Source: Candidatus Melainabacteria bacterium 17Bon1m (GTDB lineage: Bacteria; Cyanobacteriota; Vampirovibrionia; Obscuribacterales; Obscuribacteraceae). From it: a stretch of 64,000 nucleotides of DNA. Within the stretch, counting starts at the first letter, position 1; every line of letters starts with the position of its first letter. Where the stretch lies: positions 32,001-96,000 of the forward strand of contig JAVLKG010000012.1 in assembly GCA_032128875.1 (NCBI GenBank). Direction: 5' to 3'. Below the pieces are notes generated by a model. That model did no database searches. It saw nothing but the letters and a program-made list of their open reading frames with translations, and was not told the origin of the DNA. The translations under genes were made by a program, and so were the position numbers. This document shows positions 38,815 to 47,390 of the stretch, in pieces.

Positions 38815-41800
38815 ATGAGTGGAGAAACTCATATGAGCGATGATATTAATGAAGATTCGGACTTAGCTCCGGAAGAAAGTGATGATCTTGCCGATCTTGA
38901 AGATCTTGCCGAGCCCGAAGATGAGCAAGATGATCAAGAAATCTATAAAGATCAAGAGACTCAAAAGGTTCAAAAAGTTCAAAAGATTCAAAAGATTCAA
39001 AAGATTCAGAAGGTTCAAGAGTTCCATAAAGACCAAAAGTCTCATAAAGACCAAAAGTCTCGAAAAGAAGAGCGGACGTCCAAGCGAAATAGCGATGCCG
39101 AGAAAGTCACAAAACTGAGACTTGATTGGAAGTGGAAGATTCCGATTTCATTCAATGATTTCTGTGTCGTCTCATTGGGTGTTTTGATTCCCCTTGCGGT
39201 GCTACTTTTGGGATCTGCATTTGCCGCGAAGCGACTAACTCTGGTGTTGCTCAATCATCCCGTTGAGACAATCGTTCAGATATTTTTTGCTTTGCTGATT
39301 CCACTTGCGAATTTTAGAATGTGGCGTTCTTTGCGACGTCAGGATTATCGCTTTTCTGCCTTCAGAGGTATATTCTCTGGCGCAGCAGTTGGAGCCGCTC
39401 TTACAATATGCGCCGTCAGTATGGCTTCGATGGTCGTGGGCGGTGAAGTTATGGAAAACGAAATTGGCACCACTTTTGGTACTGGCTTTACCTTCCTGAG
39501 TACATTGACATTCTTGTCCATGTTGGTGGCAATCTATCAGGTTAATGTGTTTCGTCTGGCTCGTGATTTTCGGGTCTCTCGCGCGCAGATAACGATGTTT
39601 GCAACTATTGGTGTTTTGCTCTCAATTGCCTCTCTGTGTGCGACTGAAGCAAAGTCATTCTATGTGCGCATTGCAGAGAAGAGTGCAGTTACAAATGACA
39701 AAGCAGAGCGTCAACGTGGACTCAATGTTTTGAGGACGCTAGATATCGAGCGTCAATTGCGTATGGAGTGTACTGATGATCGAGCTGCCGGCCTGTCCGG
39801 TTTGTTTATTCCAATCAAATCGTCCACGCAAAGGCAGTTATATTTCGCCATCACAGGCAAGCCATTTAGAGACGTTAATGCAGGGGAATTGTCGGCAATG
39901 TCCGATGACTACCTGCGTCGCCACGTTGTCGGTGAGCCGGTCAAAGGACTAACGCTTGTCCGTTCGCTCTTGAGTGGTTCGTTGAGTCCAGCGACTCTAA
40001 CTTCTACTGTCAATTGGACCTATGTATTCAAGAATGAATCTGCCGGACCGCAGGAGGCGCGTGCAGAGATTGCTTTACCGGCAGGAACGGCTGTGACCGG
40101 TATGACCCTGTGGAAAGACGGTGAGCCTACCGATGCTCGTATAGCTGTTTCCGTTAGTGAAGCGGGTCAAGGCGAACAAAGCTGGGTTCAAGCGAATCAT
40201 AATTGCCCTGCAATGCTTACGCCGATTGGGCATGGTCGTTTTTTGCTCCACTGCTATCCGGTTGAGCAAGATGAAGAACTGAAGATTCGCATGACAATGG
40301 TGGTGCCCTTGAAGGCTGAAAGCGCTTCCCAAGCGGCATTGCCGATACCTCGATTTGTTGCCGCCAACTTTACGTTGGATGGAAAGCATTTACTCAAAGT
40401 CAAATCGCCGCTAGCGCTAAAAGCGCACAGCAAGGATTTAAAACAGTCGCATAGCACATCCGGGCAGCACATTGTTGCCGGTCCACTCACGAAGGAGGAA
40501 TTGAAAGGCAGCGAAGTGGGCATCGCTGCGCAACTGCCGGCCAAAATGGAGCAAGTCGCAGTGTTCGACATGATTTCCACAAAACTGAAGGAGCAAGAGG
40601 AAAAGGAAAAACTAAAGAGAAAGCGTGAACAAGAGCTTGAGGCTCAGGCTCAAGCAGAGGCAGAACTTGCAGAGGAGGAAGGTAAGCCGCAACAAGTTGT
40701 AGTAATGATTGACGGCTCACGAGGCGTGCGGCAACAGTTGGAGGATGTTGCTCGCGTTCTCAAGCCGGGAAAAGCGAAGAAGAAAGCTATTCAAGCTCTC
40801 AAGAAGGGACAGGTCGCAAAACGCTATGTCGTTGAGACCATTAAACCGATTTGTGTAAAACCGCCGAAGAATTTGGTGGTGGTGCTCGACGGATCCTCGG
40901 CACTAGCAGGACAGGAGAAGGAGATAATCGCAGCTCTAAGAAGCGTTCCAAAAGGTGTAATCACAACTGTGATGGTGGCATCGGATGAGCAGAAAAAGGA
41001 ATTGGAAAGTCTTGAGGTGGAAAGCGGTATCAAACTTATTTCCAACATGAAGTTCGCTGGTGGACAAGACAATTTGCAAGCAGTCGTTAACGCATCTGAA
41101 CTTGCAGGCGAAAGCGCAAATGGTGCGGTCCTTTGGATTCATGGCCCACAGCCTGCATTCAATCGCGAAATCTATATCATGTCGCAATATTCGAATGTTC
41201 CTGCCTTCTATGAATACTCGATAGACAGTGGAGAGACTGATACTCTCGAGTTCTTCAAAAACCATGCGGAGATCGGACCATTCTCTCAAATTCCTAAGAG
41301 TGGTTCGATGGGCAAGGACATCGCCAGTTTTTTATCCCGCTGGCGCAGTGATAGGACAAACTATGCTGTGGCATTGGCTGAAACAATCGAAAAGCCGACC
41401 TGCAGAATGGCTACTCCGAAAGAATCAATGGAGCTGCTAGCACTGAGAGCGAATGCCTATTGTGAACAGTTGCTCTCCGAACGCCGAGCCGCCAGAGCCG
41501 CGACTATTGCTGCAACATACGGTTTGGTCACACCGGTTAGTTCGGCCATCGTGAATGAAGCTGTCGGTCGCAATCTCCATCTAGGAGAAGCTCCCGTTCA
41601 AACCAGAGAGCAAGATAGTGATGTTCCGACATTGCAGGGGGCCACGAATGGTACCATCGGACCTCAAGGTACCGATGCGACCTATGTGACTGGTATCAAC
41701 ACTGCTGGTACAGTGCGCGTAAACAATTTGGCAAACCTTGAAGCTCTGCTGAATGTCATTACCAATCTGGCGGAAATGGTTGGTTTGACTCTCGGCTTCG

Positions 41801-41982
41801 GTCTCTTGGTGCACGGATTGCTGCAGCGAAACGTGGTGCTCTATGTACCGGGATTGAATGCATCGCTCACGCATGTTCATAGAATCGCATATGGTGCTGC
41901 CATCATGTTCATGGCTTCATCCCTACCTGGAATCGTGAATTGGTTTGTCGCATCTGCACGCGACGCGAATCTATTCAGTTAA
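38815..41982 (+). CDS. Multi-pass membrane protein with VIT and vWA-like domains
   Basis: About five N-terminal TM helices; WTYVFKNESAGPQEARAEIALPAGTAVTGMTLW (VIT); VVVLDGSS; YGLVTPVSSAIV; two C-terminal hydrophobic helices. Start is 38809, 38815 or 38833. Confidence 0.8.
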   Translation: MSGETHMSDDINEDSDLAPEESDDLADLEDLAEPEDEQDDQEIYKDQETQKVQKVQKIQKIQKIQKVQEFHKDQKSHKDQKSRKEERTSKRNSDAEKVTKLRLDWKWKIPISFNDFCVVSLGVLIPLAVLLLGSAFAAKRLTLVLLNHPVETIVQIFFALLIPLANFRMWRSLRRQDYRFSAFRGIFSGAAVGAALTICAVSMASMVVGGEVMENEIGTTFGTGFTFLSTLTFLSMLVAIYQVNVFRLARDFRVSRAQITMFATIGVLLSIASLCATEAKSFYVRIAEKSAVTNDKAERQRGLNVLRTLDIERQLRMECTDDRAAGLSGLFIPIKSSTQRQLYFAITGKPFRDVNAGELSAMSDDYLRRHVVGEPVKGLTLVRSLLSGSLSPATLTSTVNWTYVFKNESAGPQEARAEIALPAGTAVTGMTLWKDGEPTDARIAVSVSEAGQGEQSWVQANHNCPAMLTPIGHGRFLLHCYPVEQDEELKIRMTMVVPLKAESASQAALPIPRFVAANFTLDGKHLLKVKSPLALKAHSKDLKQSHSTSGQHIVAGPLTKEELKGSEVGIAAQLPAKMEQVAVFDMISTKLKEQEEKEKLKRKREQELEAQAQAEAELAEEEGKPQQVVVMIDGSRGVRQQLEDVARVLKPGKAKKKAIQALKKGQVAKRYVVETIKPICVKPPKNLVVVLDGSSALAGQEKEIIAALRSVPKGVITTVMVASDEQKKELESLEVESGIKLISNMKFAGGQDNLQAVVNASELAGESANGAVLWIHGPQPAFNREIYIMSQYSNVPAFYEYSIDSGETDTLEFFKNHAEIGPFSQIPKSGSMGKDIASFLSRWRSDRTNYAVALAETIEKPTCRMATPKESMELLALRANAYCEQLLSERRAARAATIAATYGLVTPVSSAIVNEAVGRNLHLGEAPVQTREQDSDVPTLQGATNGTIGPQGTDATYVTGINTAGTVRVNNLANLEALLNVITNLAEMVGLTLGFGLLVHGLLQRNVVLYVPGLNASLTHVHRIAYGAAIMFMASSLPGIVNWFVASARDANLFS
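38962..39060 (+). repeat. In-frame tandem repeats: 9-bp x7 and 18-bp x2
   Basis: CAAAAGATT-like units at 38962-39024 (QKV/QKI); CATAAAGACCAAAAGTCT twice at 39025-39060. Confidence 0.9.
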
Positions 41983-42006
41983 CAGACTTCAGTGATGCGA
42001 AGGGCG

Positions 42007-42039
42007 ACAGGGGGAGCGTAAGTTCCCTCTGTTTCTTTT
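42007..42039 (+). terminator. Intrinsic terminator between convergent genes
   Basis: ACAGGGGGAGC-GTAA-GTTCCCTCTGT followed by TTCTTTT. Confidence 0.7.
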
Positions 42040-42042
42040 GGA

Positions 42043-43746
42043 CTATTTATCTGCATTCTCCAGCAGTCTGTTTACTATGTTGTAAACAAGAACAGCTAGC
42101 AATACAGGAACAACCCATTGGTAAACAGGGTTGTGTGCCAAATAGCTGTTGAGCTCTACCAAATATTTTGCAGCCATGAAGAACAAATTGTCATCACGCA
42201 TTTCTTTCGGGTCAATCGGTAAAATCAATCGCCCGTTCAAAGGTTCGAAGACAATCAATGTCGCAATGACCGCGACCAGTCTAATTACATCGTGACCGCT
42301 GACGCTGAAGTCTGCGGGCTCTTTTGCTGTGGTAGGCGGTTGTGTAACAGGAATTGGCTTTGTCGCATCACCCGAATTTTGTTTTGTATTGTTGGAAGTT
42401 GAAGCAGAGTTCTCATGCGTTTCAGTATCATGCGAAATTTTTGAACTCAGTCTGTCTGCCTCATCAATAACGAGCGTCGACTTTGAGCTTGTATCGTTTG
42501 CATTTCCTTTGAACTCATCTGAGGATGACGAAGCATTCTTGATTGAAGCTGAAGAAGCATCATCTTGCTCCTTTAGCTGCACCTGTTCCGGAATTTTTTC
42601 AACCACCTTTGCGGACATTGCCTCGCCTTCTTCAACCACCGCATGCGGTGCATGGGCTGGATTTTGCAGGTGTCCCTTCCCTGCGCCTACGAGGTCGCTG
42701 TCGTTATTGCTTTTGCTGTCGCTCTCGTTATCGCTTGTTTTTGCGTCTTCGAGCTGTTCTTTCAACGCACGCTCTGCAAGCGGTTTTATGTCGTTGAGCA
42801 GCGAGGCAACTTCTTTGGCAGAACCGTAGCGATTTTCAGGTTGCTTTTCTATGCATCGCATGATCAACTGCGCCAACTCATTCGGCAGAGGCGTTTTTGT
42901 TTTGAATGATGTAATGTGCTCCGGTGGCTGCACTAAATGCATTGCCATGGTTGCTTGTTCGTTTATTCCAGAAAATGGCAAGTTGCCGGTGAGTGTTTCA
43001 AACATCACACAGCCTAAGCTGTAAATATCAGAGCGCGCATCAAGATCTTTTCCCTTGATCTGCTCAGGGCTCATGTAAAGCGGAGTTCCGAGGACGAAAT
43101 CTGCTTTTGTGAGCTTTGTGAGTTCTTTTTCTTTGAATACCGCAATGCCAAAATCGACAAGCAAAGCCTGTCGATCTCCATCTTCAGATTCGACGAGCAT
43201 TATGTTGCTTGGTTTTAGATCTCGATGAACAATGCCCTTTGAATGCGCATGCTGAAGTGCTCTCGCCACTTGCTCAAATATTTGGCAGGCTTCAACGCAA
43301 GGTAGTGATTTTACTCTTTCGAGATAATCCTCGAGCGTTTCACCCTTCAGTAAGTCCATCACGAAGAAAGGCTGCTCTTTGTCTGTAAGCCCAAAGTCGT
43401 GCACTGCTGCGATGTTTCGATGACTAAGGCCGCCCTGAGCTTTGGCTTCGCGCATAAAGCGTTCTTTCTTGACCCTGTCGTTAAGAGCTTGCGATTGCAA
43501 GACCTTAATTGCCACTTCTTTGTTCAAAATCAGATGTCGCGCTTTATATACGACACCCATGGCACCACTGCCAAGGTGCGCAAGTATCTCGTACTTATCG
43601 CCCAACACTTTGCCGCGAATCAGCTCGGGATCGCTCTTGCTGCTGGCGTTTGTTTCAACAGTCTCGTCATTATCCGGCGGCGTGTCATCACCACGGGCGG
43701 TGTTGCCCGAATCGGGATCCCGTCCTTCTTTGTTTTTACCGCTCAT
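42043..43746 (-). CDS. Ser/Thr protein kinase with disordered linker and C-terminal membrane anchor
   Basis: LGSGAMGVVY, VAIK, HRDLKPSN, DFG, GTPLYMSPEQ; two hydrophobic segments at the C-terminus. Confidence 0.93.
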   Translation of the reverse strand: MSGKNKEGRDPDSGNTARGDDTPPDNDETVETNASSKSDPELIRGKVLGDKYEILAHLGSGAMGVVYKARHLILNKEVAIKVLQSQALNDRVKKERFMREAKAQGGLSHRNIAAVHDFGLTDKEQPFFVMDLLKGETLEDYLERVKSLPCVEACQIFEQVARALQHAHSKGIVHRDLKPSNIMLVESEDGDRQALLVDFGIAVFKEKELTKLTKADFVLGTPLYMSPEQIKGKDLDARSDIYSLGCVMFETLTGNLPFSGINEQATMAMHLVQPPEHITSFKTKTPLPNELAQLIMRCIEKQPENRYGSAKEVASLLNDIKPLAERALKEQLEDAKTSDNESDSKSNNDSDLVGAGKGHLQNPAHAPHAVVEEGEAMSAKVVEKIPEQVQLKEQDDASSASIKNASSSSDEFKGNANDTSSKSTLVIDEADRLSSKISHDTETHENSASTSNNTKQNSGDATKPIPVTQPPTTAKEPADFSVSGHDVIRLVAVIATLIVFEPLNGRLILPIDPKEMRDDNLFFMAAKYLVELNSYLAHNPVYQWVVPVLLAVLVYNIVNRLLENADK

Positions 43747-43757
43747 TTTTTATGTGA

Positions 43758-45992
43758 TTATGCGGATGCTGAAGCCAGCTTGCTTGGTTCTTTTTCGTCT
43801 TCGTCAGATGGATCGAGGCTGTATCCCTTGAGCCAACCGTTTGACGTATGAATGGATGAACGCAGGGCTTCTGCACTGCCTTCGTTGAGAGCAATCTCTT
43901 TGTACATTGCCAACAATTGCAATGTGGTGAGCATTAGCACATTCTTCTTACTTGCGTAATCTGCCAATTCACCGGAATAATCGGTGTCGGTGATCTTCGG
44001 TGGCGGCTTATCTTCCGCTTGGGCAGCAATTAAGATGCCCTTAGGTTCTGCGCCTTGTTCGCACCAGTATCTTGTTTGTGCAATCGAGAGCTGACCGAGG
44101 TGTGTGCGCTCCGGCAAGCCTTGAGTCCAAATAATTCTGCAGATTGAAACTTTGTCATCGGATTCGAGGCGAAGCTCTTGCTTGTCGTCTTCAACAATTT
44201 TGACGCGCCATCCGAGACGAGCTAGCACCTTTCCGCAGGCTTCGACGAGGTCTTCGCCTGTTGCTGTGAGAAGAGTGTTACGCAGGCTCTTGGTAGCGGC
44301 CAAGCGGTTTTCAACTTCTTTGATTTTGGTTTGAGCGTTGCGAACTTGCTCATTTAGATTGTCGAGATCTTTCACCAATAGGTTCAGCTCTGAAGCAAAG
44401 TATTTGCTGCACCAGTCGGGGACTTTCGTGTCTTGCATCGTATTTCCGCTCCATGCTCCGTTTTTCGTCTTCTCAACAATTTCTTGTTCGAACTCTTTGT
44501 TTGCTGCTACCGATTCAGACTGTTCTGACTCTTCGCCTTTTTCGTTCGACTTGCTGTCTTCAGCTTTTTCTTCTTTCGAGCCCTTATTTTTGTCTTTGGA
44601 TTCCGTATCAGAACCAGACATTTCTTGAACGGCATCAGCCATTTTATCGAGAGTACTCTTTGAAACGCTCTGTGCGTCGCTCTCGGGCTTGCCAGGACTA
44701 AAGTCCTCTTCATTGGACTTATCTTCCGGCGCTTTTTCCGCCTCTGAATCAGTTATTTTATCGCTACTTGAAGTTTCCTGCTCTTTCTCATCGCTGCTGG
44801 CAGGCTCTTTTTCTTCAGAAGTTTTGTCAAGATTTCCATTGTCCGAGAAAAGACCTTGCAAGTCTTTTTCCGACGGTTGGTCGTCGTCTTTCTTATTCTT
44901 CTTGCCTTTGTCCTTGGCTTCAGCTTCTTCCGACTTGTCTTTGCCGTTGTCTTTGCCGTTTTGCTTTGTGGTTTCTTTTTCGGATGCTTTTTCGGACTCT
45001 TTGTCTTTGTCAGACGGCTTGTCGTCAAGCTTCGAGACCTCAGAAAGAGACTCGTGTTCGAGCGCTTCCATCAGCATTGAAGCGGTAATTTGCAAACCTT
45101 CTTCTTTCTTTTCTGACGCGTCGGACGAATCTTCCTTTTTCTCGGAATTCTCTTCTTCTTTATCGTCCTTATCTTCTTTAGCGTCCTTTTTATTCTTGGA
45201 CTCTTTGACCTCGGACTCAGACTTTTCGTCCTTCGCGTCCTTATCATCTTTTGAGTCTTTTGCGTCTTTGGAATCTTTATTATCTTTAGCGTCTTCCGCT
45301 TCCGCTTTCTCGACTGCGTCTTTGGCTTTTTGAGCATCTTTAGGTGCAATGGTCATGCTCATTTCTTCTTCATTGAACGAGCCTTCTTTTGCTTTTGCTT
45401 GCGCCAAAACTTCTTTCAGCGAAGTCATTGAAGAAATATCTGTCTCTCGCGTCGGCGCATAAGGAGTGGTTTTCTCGTTAGCACTAACCTTCACTTCTTG
45501 AGATTCGACAGGAGATTCGACTGATCCGATGTCGACCGGAGAAAACTGGTCTCCTCCACCGACCGACTGGTTTTCGATGACAAACCAGAACAGCGAAACG
45601 CCCACTTTTAGGACGTCTCCGTCATTAATGGGGATTGGTCCGGCGATTTGATTTCCGTTCAGGAAAGTACCGTGGCGGCTCTTGCTGTCCTGCACCATGT
45701 ACTGGTCGGAATCTTTGGTAATGACAAAATGAAATCTTGAAATTGATTGGTCGCCAGAAATGACGATGTCATTGAGATCGTCGCGACCTACTTTGCACCT
45801 GGGCGTAGTAATTGGAATTTTGCGATTGGAGACAAGGTCGACCAAAAAGGCAGTCGGCACTTCATTTCCGTCTCCGCCGTGTTGGAGGTGCAATTTATCG
45901 GTCAATTCCGAAACCTTGACGTCGGTGACCGTGCAATACGGACAGAGTTCTTCAGTGTGAGAGCGCTTGCATACTGCGCACGTAGTGGCCAT
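43758..45992 (-). CDS. FHA-domain protein (Zn ribbon - FHA - long Asp/Glu/Lys linker - coiled coil - alpha/beta domain)
   Basis: CAVC...CPYC; VGR...ISRFH...SRHGTFLNG FHA signature; GGAAGG RBS before ATG 45992. Confidence 0.88.
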   Translation of the reverse strand: MATTCAVCKRSHTEELCPYCTVTDVKVSELTDKLHLQHGGDGNEVPTAFLVDLVSNRKIPITTPRCKVGRDDLNDIVISGDQSISRFHFVITKDSDQYMVQDSKSRHGTFLNGNQIAGPIPINDGDVLKVGVSLFWFVIENQSVGGGDQFSPVDIGSVESPVESQEVKVSANEKTTPYAPTRETDISSMTSLKEVLAQAKAKEGSFNEEEMSMTIAPKDAQKAKDAVEKAEAEDAKDNKDSKDAKDSKDDKDAKDEKSESEVKESKNKKDAKEDKDDKEEENSEKKEDSSDASEKKEEGLQITASMLMEALEHESLSEVSKLDDKPSDKDKESEKASEKETTKQNGKDNGKDKSEEAEAKDKGKKNKKDDDQPSEKDLQGLFSDNGNLDKTSEEKEPASSDEKEQETSSSDKITDSEAEKAPEDKSNEEDFSPGKPESDAQSVSKSTLDKMADAVQEMSGSDTESKDKNKGSKEEKAEDSKSNEKGEESEQSESVAANKEFEQEIVEKTKNGAWSGNTMQDTKVPDWCSKYFASELNLLVKDLDNLNEQVRNAQTKIKEVENRLAATKSLRNTLLTATGEDLVEACGKVLARLGWRVKIVEDDKQELRLESDDKVSICRIIWTQGLPERTHLGQLSIAQTRYWCEQGAEPKGILIAAQAEDKPPPKITDTDYSGELADYASKKNVLMLTTLQLLAMYKEIALNEGSAEALRSSIHTSNGWLKGYSLDPSDEDEKEPSKLASASA

Positions 45993-46215
45993 AACGTTTC
46001 CTTCCCGAAAGGTGGACCTTGCCACCCCCCACATAGCTCTTGCTGCTATGCCATAAAAATAGCAGCTTCTATATGTCACTCATTAAATGTGCCACGGTAT
46101 GGAGAATATAAACCCGGCTTGGCATCCCTTGAGGGCGCCTGCAAAAGGGTTTTGACCTGTTGGGCTGACCGATAATCCGTTAAATATTGGCTGGGCGCCG
46201 TTTCAGGCTCTCGCG

Positions 46216-47172
46216 CTAGGGCATTTCGTCCATCTTCGGACGTTTCACAGGCTTAGCTTCCAGACCATCACTTTCGGAAAGTCCCAAATCCTGGTCACCC
46301 AACATCATCTCGACTTCCGTCTTTACTTTCTTGTAGCCGGCGATTGGCTTGAATTCGTCTTTTGTGATGTTGCTCTTCGTGAGCTTTACCGTTTCCCAGA
46401 TGCTGGTAATTTTTCCGTTTTTCTGACGCAAGCTGATGCTTAAGGGCAGTCCGTCCTCGGCGGGAATTCCAAAAATCTTGCCCATCAGCTCATTAAACTG
46501 TTTTGGAACGCACGGGTCTTTGGCGACCCACATCTCTGCTTCCCTGACTGTAACGGGCTTCATTGCAGCAGTTTTTGCAGGCACTTTGACTGCTTTTGCT
46601 GCGGAACCGGGCGCGCCATTCTTACCCTGCGTTCCCGGCATCCCTGTGCCACCAGGCATTCCCGGTGCCCCAGCCTGAAAAGTCGCCATAATCAAGTACT
46701 GTCTTGTGTTGAGACCGTGCATAACCTTTGTGTTATTGGTCTTTTCAAGTTTCAAGGTCGTTCTTTTCTTTGCCATTGGCATGAACGACTGGCGTTTTGT
46801 CCATTCGTTGTAAGGCAAGTCCATGTAGCATTCGGTGCTTGTGTTGTAAATTTGCGCGTTCCATTTCGGTGCCGTCAAAATCCATGTGAGTCCCATACGG
46901 TCGGACTTTACGCGAATGCCTTCTTTGCACATCTGGCAGGAAAGTGTGCCAGCATAGTTGCTCGTGGCTTCTACTCTGTAGCCGAAAGAGCCTGCTGCGG
47001 TTGTGGTTGCGGATTCCGTCTTTGTTTTGGATGTTGCCGCCGAGGATGCAGATTGAGCGACGGAAACAGTTGGTGTCTTCGCTTGCAGAGCGGCGCCGGA
47101 CAGGGCAAAAGCTGCCAGCACGCCTAAAAATGCCACTTTTTTGTTGACCAGACCCACTGAGCAATCCCTCAT
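46216..47172 (-). CDS. Secreted hypothetical protein (DUF4412-like)
   Basis: Signal-peptide-like N-terminus; AEMWVAKD, GLPL and DEFKPIAGYKKV resemble the DUF4412-type C-terminus. Family call is by eye. Confidence 0.6.
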   Translation of the reverse strand: MRDCSVGLVNKKVAFLGVLAAFALSGAALQAKTPTVSVAQSASSAATSKTKTESATTTAAGSFGYRVEATSNYAGTLSCQMCKEGIRVKSDRMGLTWILTAPKWNAQIYNTSTECYMDLPYNEWTKRQSFMPMAKKRTTLKLEKTNNTKVMHGLNTRQYLIMATFQAGAPGMPGGTGMPGTQGKNGAPGSAAKAVKVPAKTAAMKPVTVREAEMWVAKDPCVPKQFNELMGKIFGIPAEDGLPLSISLRQKNGKITSIWETVKLTKSNITKDEFKPIAGYKKVKTEVEMMLGDQDLGLSESDGLEAKPVKRPKMDEMP

Positions 47173-47390
47173 AAACGCCAGAACTCCTATGTGCCTTGAA
47201 TTTGGTCCTATAAACCCTGGGTAAATAGCTAAAGGCAGATAGGCCTGCAAAAAGCCTGCCTTAAACCTGGCGAGTATAGATAATAGGATAACAGTTGTTC
47301 TAACCCCGTTACGAATTTAGGGCATCAGTTGGAATTCTGCTAAAACCTCAAGTGGTACTGCTAGTAGTGTCTATGAAAACGTGATTTGAC

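Noticed and set aside
44689-45333. Ser/Leu/Phe-rich plus-strand ORF (also 42329-42829)
   Set aside because: Antisense shadow of the Asp/Glu/Lys-rich linkers of minus-strand genes.
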